NCBI GenBank assembly: GCA_905178155.1
Contig: CAJINV010000002.1
Span: 7,594,743 to 7,658,742 of the forward strand
Source of the DNA: Amoebophrya sp. A120
Taxonomy: Eukaryota > Protista > Dinoflagellata
Reading direction: 5' to 3'
DNA length: 64,000 nucleotides
In this document: positions 1 to 12,293 of the stretch, in pieces
How positions within the stretch are numbered: the first letter of the stretch is position 1
Layout: every line of letters starts with the position of its first letter
The notes under the pieces: generated by a model
Seen by the model: the letters and a program-made list of their open reading frames with translations, nothing else
What the model was told of the DNA's origin: nothing
The model's database searches: none
Translations under genes and position numbers: made by a program

Positions 1-3000
1 GTTTCGTGTCCTTCAGGTCGCACGGCATCCCGCCCCGCCTGGCAACTTTCTCGATAACCCGATTCTTGTATTGCGTGCCTGTGTTATCCTGGGTCACAAC
101 TCGCTCCACTACGGTAGAGATCACGATCAGATGATCCCTTCCCTTGCTCATAATCTTACAATACAGGCACTATGCACAACGATTTTTTTCTTCATTCTCA
201 AAGCTGTGGAAACTCCTGAAGGTAATGCATGGAACCCTAGAAGTCTATTCGTGTGCCATTGGAAGTAATCCTCCTCCTGTCAAAAAGAGGCGGTCGCTCT
301 TCTCGACGAGGTGGCTCGTCTTAAAAATGGAGGTCGTCGTGGAACAGTTATCAAATTCAAAGCGAATGAGTAAACAAGTCAGTGCTGTGCGGAAAACTAT
401 TTGCTGGTGCAAGAGAGAGAGGGAAGCTCCCGTCGAGGTCGAGTGGTGTCCATCGATCTGATACACGCCACAGGTGACGGAGCAGTCCGTCCAGTTGGTC
501 CAATTGGAAAATTTGCAGTCCTGGGGCCCGAGACACGGGTGGAAGTTGCAAGACTGTACTTCCTGCAAATGTCCGCTGCACTTCGTTTCCAGCTGCAGCT
601 TCATTTCATTCACGAGCTTCTCCTCCTCGTCCAGCAGCGTTTGTTCGTGGATGACCTTGTGGGCGGACAGAAAGACCGAGATTTGGCCGAGCAGCTTATC
701 GTTCACCCGCAGCGTGCGCTCGCGGGTCTGTGTGCCCTGCCCGCATGGCGCCGTGCAGTTGCTCCAGGGCCCGAACTTGCTGAAGTGGCACAGGTCGTTC
801 TCGTGGACTGACGTGGAACCGGGCTCGGGCTTGGTGAGCTGCTTCAAGAACTTCTCCGCCTTGATTTTGATCTTCAAGTCGTCGTTTAGCTCCTCCTCGG
901 TCAGGTCCGCGTTTCCCCCGGTGTGCGCCACGTCGTGCGGGCACTCCACCACCGCAGAGGAGAGCAGCGTGGCGGGGTGGTCCTGGCAGGGCCGGATCTG
1001 CGCGAGCTCGCCGACGCAGTTCTTCCCCTCGCCGGCCGGCTCCACCGCAATGTAGCGATCCCGCGCGTACACGCTGGATTTCTTCGTCACGTTCCGGAGG
1101 TGCGCGTCCTCCAGTTGCTGGGGCGGCAGATACGGCTTCCAGTCCGACCAGGGGGAAAAACCGCAGTCCTGCGCCTCGGAGCAAATATGGAAGGTTTGAA
1201 AAAACTTTGTTACTAGCGTATCAAGCTAGGGCTGGGGCTGCGAAATATGCAAGAACTTAGTAGAGAGGCGCGTCTGTCTCCATATTCGCCATATATTCAA
1301 CTGAGTTGTTATTTTCTTCACGTATGCCCAACGTACTATTAATTTGCGCATGCCTAGTCTTTGCTGTCGCTGGTCCATCTCCCATCAAAAACTATACTCT
1401 TCTTGTTTACGCTCTTCAAACAAACTTTTTTTCTTCCTTAACAGAAGACCCGGTTGCACTCGCGAAACTCCGTGGTCTCGCCCTCGACGGCCTTGCCGCA
1501 GTGGTTCGGCCACTTCTCGATCTCGCGATGCCGGGTTTGGTACCCCGCATCGCCGCACGTCGCGGAGCACTTGCCCCACGCGGTCCAGTGGCCCCAGGCA
1601 CCGTCCTCGCACGCACCAACGCAAGGATGCTGGTTGCACGCAGCCTACAAACAATTTTCAAAAAACAGCGATTGTTTTACGCTCGACCAGTTTGTTGATA
1701 TGGTTAAGAACGGGGTCACAAAATGTCCGACTAAGTCCTCGGGGGACCTGCGTCCCACCCAGCCGGGTGGGCCTTAGGTCCCCTGTGCCTGTCCCAATAA
1801 TTAAGTTATATATGACTCCGCCACAGCTCGCGTCCGCCCATATTGTTTTCTCGCCGTTCGCCTTGTCGGTGTAAATCTGTATTAGAGTCTTGCACTATTG
1901 TACTTGTGCCTCCATTTGTCGCTATTTATCCAAGAAAAGAGCTTATTGGTTATTTGATGGTTGGTGTAAATCTGTGACGCAGAAAATGCACAACTGTTTC
2001 ACAGGAAACTGCAGAAACACTTTTGCATTTTCCGCATCACAGGTCCCTTTTGCGTAAAAAGAGCTTTGCATTTTCTGCATCACAGATTTAACCCACAACA
2101 AAGCATTTTTCTTGGATAAGTGCAGTGCACAAATCTTCTTTCTTGGATAAGTGCAGCAGTGCACAAATACAATAATACATAAAGCTACTGCGTCACAGAT
2201 TGACACCCACAAAAAAGAACGGCGAGAAAACTGGAACGGACGGACGCGAGCTGTGGCGCATTCATAGCTTAGCTCTATATTGGGACAGGGGACCTAAGGC
2301 CCACCCGACTGGGTGGGTCGCAGGTCCCCCGAGGACTTAATCGGACATTTTGTGACCCCGTTCTAAGATAAAGTTAAAGGTGATAGTAGGTCTACTGTAG
2401 ATAAACTTGATTCGAGTTGTAGGCTACGAGCTTCGACTTCATCCTTACCGCGCACGGCGCATTCCGAACCGAAGAAGAACTTGTATTTGCGTGGTAATCT
2501 TCCTAAAGAAAACAAGGAAGCAGCAACTCCTACTTCAATTTTCTCGCATGAAAATCGTGTGGGTCGTAAGTGTGGACCTCTACCACGCTCCATGAAGACA
2601 ACTTCGTACCAGCTCACTTTTGGTTTTCGCGACGCACAGCTTCCCGCCAAAGCGCGGAGACGCAAAAATGTGTCTCGTTCGCTCCCGCTGCCCGCCACCG
2701 CAGGACACCGTGCACGCGGAGTAGTCGGACCACTCCGACCACTGGCAGTCCACTGCGTTCGCGGCGCAGGGGAAAACGTTACAGCCCCTGATTTCCGAAA
2801 GTTGGTTCGCGCAGCCGGACCCGCCGTGCACCGCCTGCTTCGCGATCATGCGCTGGCGAAACTGCTGCCCACCGCCACAGGTCCTGGTGGAGAGGTGAGA
2901 GTTTGGCACGGTGAGAAAAAGATCTCGCATTTTCGCATCAAAGTTTAGTTTATCCACGTCATCAAAGTTGTCCTCGTTGTGTTTACAACAAAATCATCAT

Positions 3001-6000
3001 ACGAAACAGCAACGTTCCCTACCGGCTACATTCGTTCCATTTGTTCCACTGCGCCACGACGCAGTCCTTCGGATTTTCGCACAATGCCATCCCACACTCC
3101 CTTGTTTCCCGAACGTGGCCCAGACACGGTTCCCCGTCGTTTTTGGTCGGCCTCGTGATCCGGCGGGACCGGAACTGCTGGCCGCCACCGCATATGCATT
3201 GCAAAACAAGTATCGTACTCGTATAAATGCATTACAAATTTGAATTTCCTCAGGATGAGAAATAAAATTTGTAATGCTGATTTGACTTAACAAAAAGATT
3301 TGTAATGCATGATTGCAATACGAATACGATACTTTTGCACAGGATACCGCAGGTGCCGGTACAATCGGACCAGTCCTCCCAGTCGGAAAACTCGCAATCC
3401 TGTATGCATTGCAAATATGTCTGGGTCTGGAAGAATGCAACTTGTGATGCTGCATTTGGACTCCAAAAGAATCTGTATTGCATGAGCAGCAAAGGGAGTG
3501 TAGTTTTTGCTGCGGGAAAAGGGAATTTGTCATGCGGAATAGGCATCAAGAAGCCCTCAAGCTCAACAGATCTCTGATGCTAGGGCATGCATCACAGACA
3601 TCATGGCTCATGCAAAACTTGCATGACAAATCTAAAAATCTTCCAGACCCAGACATTTTTGCACTTGATATCCTGCTTGGGGTAGCAATCCGGCTTGCAC
3701 GCGCGCGTCTCGATGCGCGCCCCGTCGATGGTCTTGCCGCACCAGTTCGCGCTCTGTCGCAGGTTTCGCTCCCGCTCCTGCAGGCCCAGGCAGGAGCAGC
3801 TGCCCCAGGGCCCCCACTCGCTGAAGGAGGCGTCCACGCACTCGCAAGGTTCCCGCTTGCAGTGCTTCGTCTGAAATAAAACACGCGTTCTTTTTTTTAC
3901 TTTTAGCCATCCATGTTGTGCACAGGAAAAAACTCGACATCGAAGACACGGTCGTTGGAATTGGTACTTTCACAGTTGATCTTCTCGCAGCACGCGGCTT
4001 ATTCTCGACACAGAGGTCCTTGTTCTCACAGCAGAAGTTTATTCAGCTGCTTCACATCTTATCTACCTGCCCTGGTATTTCTTGTTCTTCTTTCTATCAA
4101 AATCTACTAGGAGAAGCAAGTACATCTAGGGCTACTACTACAACCCCCATCCGGCGGTGCATATATTCATCGTAGTATACCAGATACCTCCTGGAGTGCT
4201 CCATTCGGACAGGATTTCCCGCAGTCTGTGGGGAACTGGTCCAACGAGCGTTTCCGCGTAACCGAACCCGTTCCGCGTATGCATCGCAAAAGTAGTATCG
4301 CACACATAGAATTCATGTTACAGCTTGCAAGAGCATCGCATGACAATACTTCCTTCTATACCTCACTTAAGATCATGTTGGTCAATATTGATTTTCACTT
4401 TCATTACTTTTTCGAAATCTCTATTCAATTTCTGGCAAGTCTTTGTCTTGTAGATCCTTCCCAGGGCAGACATTGACATCCAGGTGGTCTATCTAAATAA
4501 TACTTTTGCGAAGCATACCGCAGGTCACCGAGCAACTGGACCACGCACCCCAGGCGCCGACCTTGCACTCCTTTTCCGCGTCGTGGTGTTCGCAGGAGGG
4601 CAGGTTATCCTCACAAGGCGCGATCTCTTGCAGGGACACCTCGGGGTATTTTTTCATATTTCCACTTGTCTATGCGTCGCGGAAGAGACAGAGGCAGTGT
4701 AATTTCTCCCTAGCCGAGGAAGACGATGCAAGATGATTCACTTCTGTGCTTGGACAGCACAGTGCACCTGCACACAGACGCTACTCAAAAAAATTACACT
4801 GAGTACGAAAAAGGACGAGAAACAGTTTTTTGGTATCTTCTATACATCTCCGCAGCCCTTTGCTTCCGGTCCGTCGGGGTATCAAATGTAAACGTGTCTG
4901 GGTCTGGAAGAATTCACGTTTGTCATGCTTGTCTGGCATGACTCTTAAATCTGTCATGCACGTTACCCAAATGCTCCGTTTTTCTGTCATGCAGAAGCGC
5001 AGCTTGTTATGCAGAATAGGCAACACCTAGGAGCTCCGAAACTTGTCATGCTGAGCCAGCATTTGTAGCCTCATCATGAGACGCCACCCAGCATCACAAG
5101 TTTCCAGACCCAGACATTTTTGCATTTGATACGGGGTACACCTCTACCAATCTGGCCCGCCTCCTCGTTCCGGCGGTCCCGCAGGTGGCAGAGCAGTCGC
5201 CCCATTTTCCCCACTCGACTCCCTATCCTGTGCAAAGGTATCGCAATCGCACTCGTAGTCTTAAACTTAATCGCAGTCGTGCGGCATGACAGTTCCTTCC
5301 TATCCAAAACTGCTGCACATACAAGGGATTTTCAATTTTATCTTTTCTTTGGAAACCAAAATTTGCCATGCGTTTACTACCACTACCAGTACGACACAAC
5401 TTTCGCGATGCGTACCACCACGCAATCCGTCGAGTTTTCGCGCAGCATGGCCTTGTAGGAATCGCGGAGGGCGCAACTTTCCACATTGCACGCCTGCACC
5501 TCCTCCATGGGCACGCCCGCGTCGTGTTCGATCTCCTTCTGGAACTCCGGCGATTCGGAAATCAGATGGTAGTGCTCCTCGGTGAGGTTTTTCCGGCGCA
5601 CGAGCTCCTCGACGTGTTTCCCGTGTTTCTCGTCAAACACGCCGATTTCGTGGCAGCCCTTGCCGCCCCTCGCCGGGTATTGGGTAATGTCCCGGTAGCG
5701 GGAGCGCACGCCGTTGCAGGTCGAGGAGCACATCGTCCAGGAGGTCCACTGGGAGATTCTGCAGTCCTGCGCGCCGGCGTACCACTCGGGACAGTGTTGC
5801 AAATTGCACGACTTGACCTCGACCAGCGCCCCGTCCTCGCACAGTTTGGGGTTTTTCCCGACCGGATTGTCCACGATTTTCCGTGTGCGCGTCTTCTCCC
5901 CTGCGCCGCAGCTGGTGCTGCACTCGCCCCAATCCGTCCACTCCGAGTACTTGCAGTCAACGGTGTGGATTTCCTTGTTAAAGTAGTTTTCCTGGCAGGG

Positions 6001-8207
6001 TTTGTCCAAATTGCACGGCTTGATCTCTTCCAGCGCGATCTCCAGGTCGCGCACCGGCAACGTCGAAGTCGTATTGTTCGTCTTGTTCGCGGCCACAAGC
6101 TCCATCTGCTTGAATCTTTATCCGATGGAAAAGTATCGCCTTGGCCGTGATGATTCCGTACGAAAACGAAGCAGAGAATGAGAACTACTCCACCTGAATA
6201 ACAAGACAAGAGCGTCAACGTCATCTCGTGCAGCAGATCATGACATATCTAATACAACTTGGCAAAAATTTTGCGGCTTGTTATACGTTTCCTAGCTTTC
6301 TCATGCCTTTCGTACACCTACGTGCAGGCGGCTATCTGTGGTCGTGCTATGCGTACTTGCAAGTCCTTTACCAACTTCTCGTAGAGGACCCGCGAGCAGC
6401 TCCGCCCCGAGTTTCGGGGGTACTGCACAATCTCTCGCATTCGGCTGTGTTCTCCGCCCCCGCAGCTGGTGGAGCAGGTCGACCATTCCTCCCAGTCACT
6501 CAGCGCGCAGTCGACCGGCGCGGAAGTGTCCGTTCCCACCGCCCCGGTGTGGCCGTGGAACAGCGACCCGAACAGACCCAAGCCCGAACAGTAGTCCAGG
6601 TACTCTTTGTGGCAGGACCGGGTCTCCTTCATGGGTCCGCTGCAGGGCTTGCCCTCCGGCCCCCGCGCGGACAAAACCACGTGCCGCTCCCGGTAGGACT
6701 GCGGCGTCTTCCCGTTCTTCGCGATCTCCGCGCAGTCACTGACTTCGCACCGCGACCACTCGTCCCACTCCGAGAACTCGCAGTCCACGTTGTAGGTGGT
6801 GCACGTGGAGGTGTCGCAGCGCCGCGTTTCCCGGTCGTGGCCCTTGCACGGGTTGCCGCAGTAGTTATTCTCCTGCTCAATGTACCGCCGGCGCTCCTGG
6901 AGGCCGTGGCAACTGCAGTCCGACCACTCCTTCCACTCCCCGAAGGCACAATCGAGGCATTCGTGCGTTGGGCAGGCCACCTGGGACGAAGCGTCGCACG
7001 CTTGGTACTCGGTCTCCGTCCCGTTGCACCTCAGCTTGGGCTTCTTGGTCCCAGGCCCTGTCTTGCTAGGGGCGGTGCCGTGGGACGAGGACTCGTTCTC
7101 GTCGGAGGAGCTGCTAGAAAAATAACCTTCATCGGAGTCCTCGCTCGTAAGGCGCCGTACGGTTGTCTTCAGTGCCCGTTGCAGGTTCTTCGGAACAAGG
7201 GTGTCGTAGAAAGTGGCAGTTGACTTGTTCTTGACGCCGATCGGCGGGCGCCGTGCGTTATTTCTCGTGCTTTTGTAGTAGTTCCCAGGCTCAGGCTCAG
7301 CAGGGAACATTCTTGACGCCGTTACTGTTCGGGAGCTGTTGTCGATATCGTCAGCCGCTCCTGTCGTGCCTGGTGCAGATGCTGCAGATGACCGAGGAGG
7401 AGATCCTGGTGTGAAATGAATCTCTCCTGCTGCATCAGCTGATCCGGGTGAGGAAACTACGGGTAGGACAGGAGAAGGCGGAGCTACGTCGTCACGCACC
7501 AGCTTCGTGGAACTCGTATCTTCGACCACGTCGACGTCCCGCAGCACAGTTTCGACGACTTCACGGTCTCTCTTTGTGGCAGCTGCAGCTCTACTGTGGT
7601 CTACAAATGACACAGCACCAGCTGCAGTCGGGCCAGCATCACCGTCCTCCATTGAGTCCTCCGCGTGGGGGCGGCTAGCAGCACTTCTCGGTGCATAATG
7701 AACCGTCAAGCCCTCCTCGTCCGCTACTTCTGAGGCACTTGCGCTAGTACGGCTACCAGCAGCTGGAGCGTGCTGTACTAATTCCTGGTCTTCATCACGC
7801 TGATGGTCCCGCTCTTGGTTCGCCTGAAGTTCTTGAGCGCCCTTATTTCTTTCGTTCGTAACGGTGCTGTCCGCAGCAACCCTAGTGGTCGTGCCGGTGC
7901 GCCTTCCCTGCGCTTCCGCACTAGGTGAGGCAGTACTTGTCGATGGTGAAGCTTCCACGTTCCTTGAAAGCTCCGCACCATCACCAAGCACCTGCACGTT
8001 TGCCGATGCAGCTGAAGCAGTGGTTGATCCGCGCGCTGCTGTGGCAAAGCTTTTCGTGCTTTGTTCACCCGTGCGGCTGGTTTTTTTACGTCGCTGTTGA
8101 GCAGCAATGTCGGGCACAACAGGTGGCCCTGGGCCGCGCGATGCTCCAGCGGAAGCGCGGGGACTCGCGGTCGCTAGCAAAGCTGCAATGGACACCACAG
8201 CGGGCAT
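1..8207 (-). CDS. Large multi-exon secreted/surface protein with many thrombospondin type-1 (TSP1) repeats; 3' end runs off the window
   Basis: Repeated WxxWxxCSxxCGxGxxxRxR motifs across minus-strand exons (e.g. 6357-7000, 5416-6105, 5132-5222, 1441-1644, 464-1180). Hydrophobic N-terminus MPAVVSIAALLATA from ATG 8207. Canonical introns 6106-6356, 4640-4845, 2884-3022 and 1645-2609, plus introner introns. Junctions near 3860-4190 and 80-463 not resolved. Confidence 0.9.
1186..1440. mobile_element. Degenerate introner-like intron in TSP1 gene
   Basis: Ends tatggaag...cttcctta form a weak IR. Flanks gcaaa/acaga match 3/5. Removal joins ECNRVFC to SEAQDCGFSPWSDW in frame. Confidence 0.5.
1708..2363. 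mobile_element. MITE with ~150-bp imperfect TIRs and TAA flanks, inside canonical intron 1645-2609
   Basis: gaacggggtcacaaaatgtccga (1708) is the reverse complement of tcggacattttgtgaccccgttc (ending 2363). The IR continues to ~1860 / ~2217. TAA lies on both sides. Confidence 0.85.
3193..3346. mobile_element. Introner, family B
   Basis: tatgcattgcaaaa...ttttgcacaggata; perfect TSD ccgca; excision restores TGTCGGGQQ. Confidence 0.9.
3403..3670. mobile_element. Introner, family A2 (possible GA-AG intron)
   Basis: TIR core tgtctgggtctggaa / ttccagacccagaca; perfect TSD tcctg; excision restores PKQDCEFSDW. Confidence 0.92.
4278..4517. mobile_element. Introner, family-B-like ends
   Basis: tatgcatcgcaaaagta...tacttttgcgaagcata; flanks ccgcg/ccgca; excision restores SVTCGTGS. 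Confidence 0.85.
4880..5131. mobile_element. Introner, family A1
   Basis: tatcaaatg...catttgata with ~30-bp TIR; perfect TSD cgggg; near-identical to 29946 and 50979; excision restores EVYPDGPE. Confidence 0.95.
5224..5414. mobile_element. Introner, family B (decayed); predicted canonical GT-AG intron 5223-5415
   Basis: tatcctgtgcaaa...tttcgcgatgcgta; flanks ctccc/ccacc; GT-AG splicing gives DCVVGVEWGKW in frame. Confidence 0.8.
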
Positions 8208-9036
8208 TTTGCCCCGTCTGTTGCACCGCTGGCGCATTGCGATCGTCGGCCTTCGCAGAGCGACGCGTGGTAGATTTTCCCGCAGCACTACAGAAACACG
8301 AGAAGACAACCAACTTTCATCGAAACACCAATTTTGACATGTTAGCAAACGACCGCACAAACTGAAAGTATCTTGCTGCAATCCCCACGCAAAAACATGC
8401 AACTGCGCGTGCTCCCCGCAAAGAATACTGATCAATGATTTTGCGTGAAGGCTACAAACAAACTAAATCACATTGTACCAAATGCATTCATAGTGTTTCA
8501 TATTTCCATAGATTCCGCTCACGTTTAACATAAAAACTCAAACCTGACGCTCACGCTCAACAACTCTTTGTTCAATATAGAATAAACTGCACGAATGCTG
8601 AAACAAATCCTATATGCACATCGAAATCCAGATGAGCAATCACCGCACCTATCGTGGTCGCGCAACAGAAACCACCAACCCACCTGCCGGTAGTTCTGCA
8701 TCTTCTGTTTTCACACGTCATGCGGACGCTCGAAGAGGCAATACTGCGAGTCGTGGTGGTCATCGATCTGTTACTGTATGTTCGTTCAGCCACAACTTCT
8801 TGCAAATCTTCTGAGGACACTCGCTGAGGATGTACTCCGTCTGTGAAACAAGCAAAAAGGAGTTTATTGCAGACAGTCGAAGACAAATGTTCTAGCTCTT
8901 CTTCTTTACGTAAAGCCAGAGACTTCGTCTACTTCAACTGCAGCCGGATGAAACGAAACCCCTTTTATTTCGTGGAGAGCTCAACAGAAGTAGATGCCAA
9001 GCAAAGTCCGAGCAGCCTCTTGCGCGACGACCTGCT

Positions 9037-11847
9037 TCAATACCCGTGCACCTGCTTGACGATGGAACACACCATGGAAAACACGATCGCGACGTAGAGA
9101 ATCCACAAATTCCAGCTTTTCAGCTCCAGCGGGTTGACCAACAGGCCGAAGTACTCCCGTGCAGAGCGGTTTGCAAACAGCGTCCGCGTCTTCACCAGCG
9201 TGACGTCGAGCAGCAAGTCGCAATCATCCATACCCTGCTTCAACGCCTCGTAGATGTCCCGCTATCCTGTGCAAAAGTATCGTACTCGTATTGCAATAAT
9301 GCATCTTTTTCTCAAGGTAATCTCGCATTACAAATTTTATTTGTCATGCTTAGGAAATTTGTAATTGCATATGCATTTATACAAGTACGATACTTTTATT
9401 GCACTCACAGGATACGCGCTGCGCCCCGCCCATGTTGCCAAAGATCGCTGCCGCCGCGGCCCCCGGACCCGAGGAATAAAAACTGCCAGTACAACTGCCG
9501 TGGGAGTTGCAAACTTGCATGCCCTCGAAATACGCGTCCCGGGCCTCCTGGACACGGCCGAGGAAGAACAAAGCCGCGCCCTTCCGTGCGTACGCCCGTG
9601 GAAAAAGTGGGTTGAAGTGGATTGCGAGCTTCGCGTCGCGTAGCGAGTCGGTGTACTCTGCCAGGTTGGCGTGCGCAGCGGACCGGTTGGAATAGATCGC
9701 GGCGATTTGATTATGGGAAGCAAAAAACCATACAACATCTTCCTTGTCAAGAACGCAATTTTTGTCCTACTTTGTTCATCGTACTGCTGCACGTCAGCGC
9801 GTATAGTTGGTTTATCGTCAAGGCTCATTTATCTAGCGTAGAAGTTTGAAATCAGCGCACGAAGCCGCGAAAGCGAGGATGTAAGGCGAGTGCGGCAGGC
9901 GCAGCCAGGCGTCAGCCTACAACTGAAGCCTACCATATTAATATGTTACCTGGTCAACACTAATGCAAAATAAACTAGGGGACCAAGCACGCGAGGTAAA
10001 GGGCCTTCTACAGCCTTAGTTGGTTTCTTCCGTAGTTATTTCAAGTTCAACACGTACAAATACGTAACCCGCAAATATCTCGGTTGTATCCAATGCGTAT
10101 GAGTAGAAAGACAAAAAGCGTTGAGACTTTGAATCAAGATGTTTTTCCAGCAACATAGTGTTTGTCTTTCTCGTTCTCAGTGTCGACCGCGTCAGCAGAG
10201 CCCCCTGTGGCAGCTGCAGCTGCGCCTTTACACTCATCCGCTTCCCCTCCTGAGGTGGCGGAGGTTGCTGTACTCGTGCCGTTCTGTTCTGCATCCTCAC
10301 TGCCCTGCGAAAAATGTGCAGTTGGCGTCGACGGAGGCAATTGTTGTTCGGACTTTATTTGATGACCATGATCAACACAGGTGGTAGCTCCACCGGCATC
10401 TTCAAGTTCTGCTTGCGTTTCCTGCGACGGCGCGGCGTTTCCTTTGCCCCTTCCACTTGCGTTGTCGCTAGAGGTAGAGGAGGTTGATGAAATTCCTGTT
10501 GTATTGCGGCAAAGTCGTCTGCAGAGAGATGGATCGAGATGAACGGAAGAGAGAAAAGCACTTCAGCAAAACCAAAAGCTGCGCGACGCAGCTTTTGGTT
10601 TTGCTTTGAACAATATGCAAGAAGAAGAAATATCAAAACCGTACGTCAATTACAATTAGACATCGTGAATTGAGTCCACGCCTTGCGTGACCCGTGATGA
10701 GTAAGTACCTGCCTTCCGCTCCTGTTCTTCCCTCTCGAGCGCAATTCCAGCTGCTATGCTCGATGCCTGTCCCAGGAGCGTGAGCGCCTTGGTCCACTGA
10801 ATGATTGCCATTTCCCAGTCCCCGTCGCGGAAGGCCGCGCTCCCCGCCTCCTTCCGCAGCTCCGGCGTGGTCAGGTGTTGCGCCATCTTGTTTGCGAGCC
10901 GCTTCTTCCGCTGAATGCGCTGCCGCCGGTCCTCTTGCTCCTCGGCGCGGGACTTCGGTGACAGACAGCGGAGTTTGTCTTCTCGGGTGGGCTTTTTCGT
11001 CTTCTGTTGCAGCGACAACGCGGTGACAGGAGGGTTCGTGTTTGACGAAGTAGTACTGGAGGTAGTGTTTTCATTTTCACTAGCATCCTTCGCAGTAGCG
11101 GCGACATTTTTGCCACGCTCGGTCCATTCTTGGAATGTTTTCGGCGCGCCATGATCACGAGAAGAGGAAAGTTGGCTGAGGCTGATGCTGCTCTTGTCAG
11201 AAGAAGCGCTTGCGGCCCTGTTTCTATCGTCAGTCGTGGGGGTATCGTGGGGAAATAACGAAACAAGTCTATTTTCTTATTTCGAAAATCGTCGAGTTGC
11301 ATCAATCTTAAAAATTAGAAGTTGCACAGACACGGTCACGGCGACAAACTCTACAACCTCATAGTTGATGCATCTGTCCATGTGTCGTGACACGACTACA
11401 CTACTGATTGAAGCAGACGCAGTCGCAGAGGCCGCCGCCGTGAGCGCATCCGATATAAAGAAGAAGAGAACGGATCTTCCCACTACGATACATCATTGCC
11501 GCGCCTCCTGCGCCTCCTCCCAGCGACAAATTGGACCTCCTGGACGGAAACACCTTGCCAAAGCCACCGGCCTCCAGCGCACTACTTCCACTTTTATTTC
11601 CGCTGGCCGCGGTCTTTTCTTTGACTTTCTGATAGTCAAAAGCGTCCAGTGGGCAATGCTTTAACGGATTTTTTGGTGTGGGCGTTGTAGTTCTTTCCTG
11701 CTGGATCCGCTTCGTTATACAACCCTCGTCGTCCATCCGGGATGGTTCTGAGGGAGGTTGAGACTCTTCTCGTCGGCAAGAGTCTTCTTCTAACACCTCC
11801 AGCAACGGCTCCGCATCGGACGAGTCGGGACGACCAACGGCACCCAT
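9037..11847 (-). CDS. Multi-exon TPR-containing protein with C-terminal hydrophobic segment (5' end uncertain)
   Basis: TPR-like KEAGSAAFRDGDWEMAIIQWTKAL (10790-10865) and FFLGRVQEARDAYFEGMQVC (~9510-9570). C-terminus LWILYVAIVFSMVCSIV before the stop at 9037. Confidence 0.65.
9263..9414. mobile_element. Introner, family B; predicted canonical GT-AG intron 9262-9415
   Basis: tatcctgtgcaaaagtatcgtac...gtacgatactttt...caggata; flanks cccgc/cgcgc; GT-AG splicing gives AQRRDIYE. Confidence 0.88.
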
Positions 11848-12293
11848 ACTTGCTATATTTTGTGGCTCCGCCGGTGGACGAAATTGTACTTGCACTTAGT
11901 ACTTTTCGTACTGGAACGTGATATATGAATGTGTACCCCGACGAAGTGATCACCTATGAATAAAAAAGTGTGCTCCTTCTCTCAGTGCCAGTTCTGGTCT
12001 ACGCTCTTGTACTTACAACAACTGCGCAACTGCGTGCTACTCTTCCGGAACATCGGCACACGGCACGCTCACGCAACACACGCGAAATAAAATAAACGAT
12101 GAGCCGACGTGCCCAGGTTTGTCGCGAAAGGTCAACGCGGTTTCTGTTCTTACACGTGCGTTCCGTTTTATTTCATGAGCCTGCTCAACCACAACGCGTC
12201 GCAACACTGTCACGCCAATTGAATTTAAAAAATTCTCTTTGGTGCGCTCCGTGGAAGAAAGAAGAAGTCTCGCTGCAGATTTCTTGTATATTC

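Noticed and set aside
4640-4845. Fully decayed introner (boundary similarity GAGATGT/GAGGTGT)
   Set aside because: No TIR remains, and AG|GT-type boundary similarity is expected of ordinary GT-AG introns.
5368-7223. Plus-strand ORFs (260 and 331 aa) and similar ones elsewhere
   Set aside because: They are antisense shadows of GC-rich minus-strand exons.
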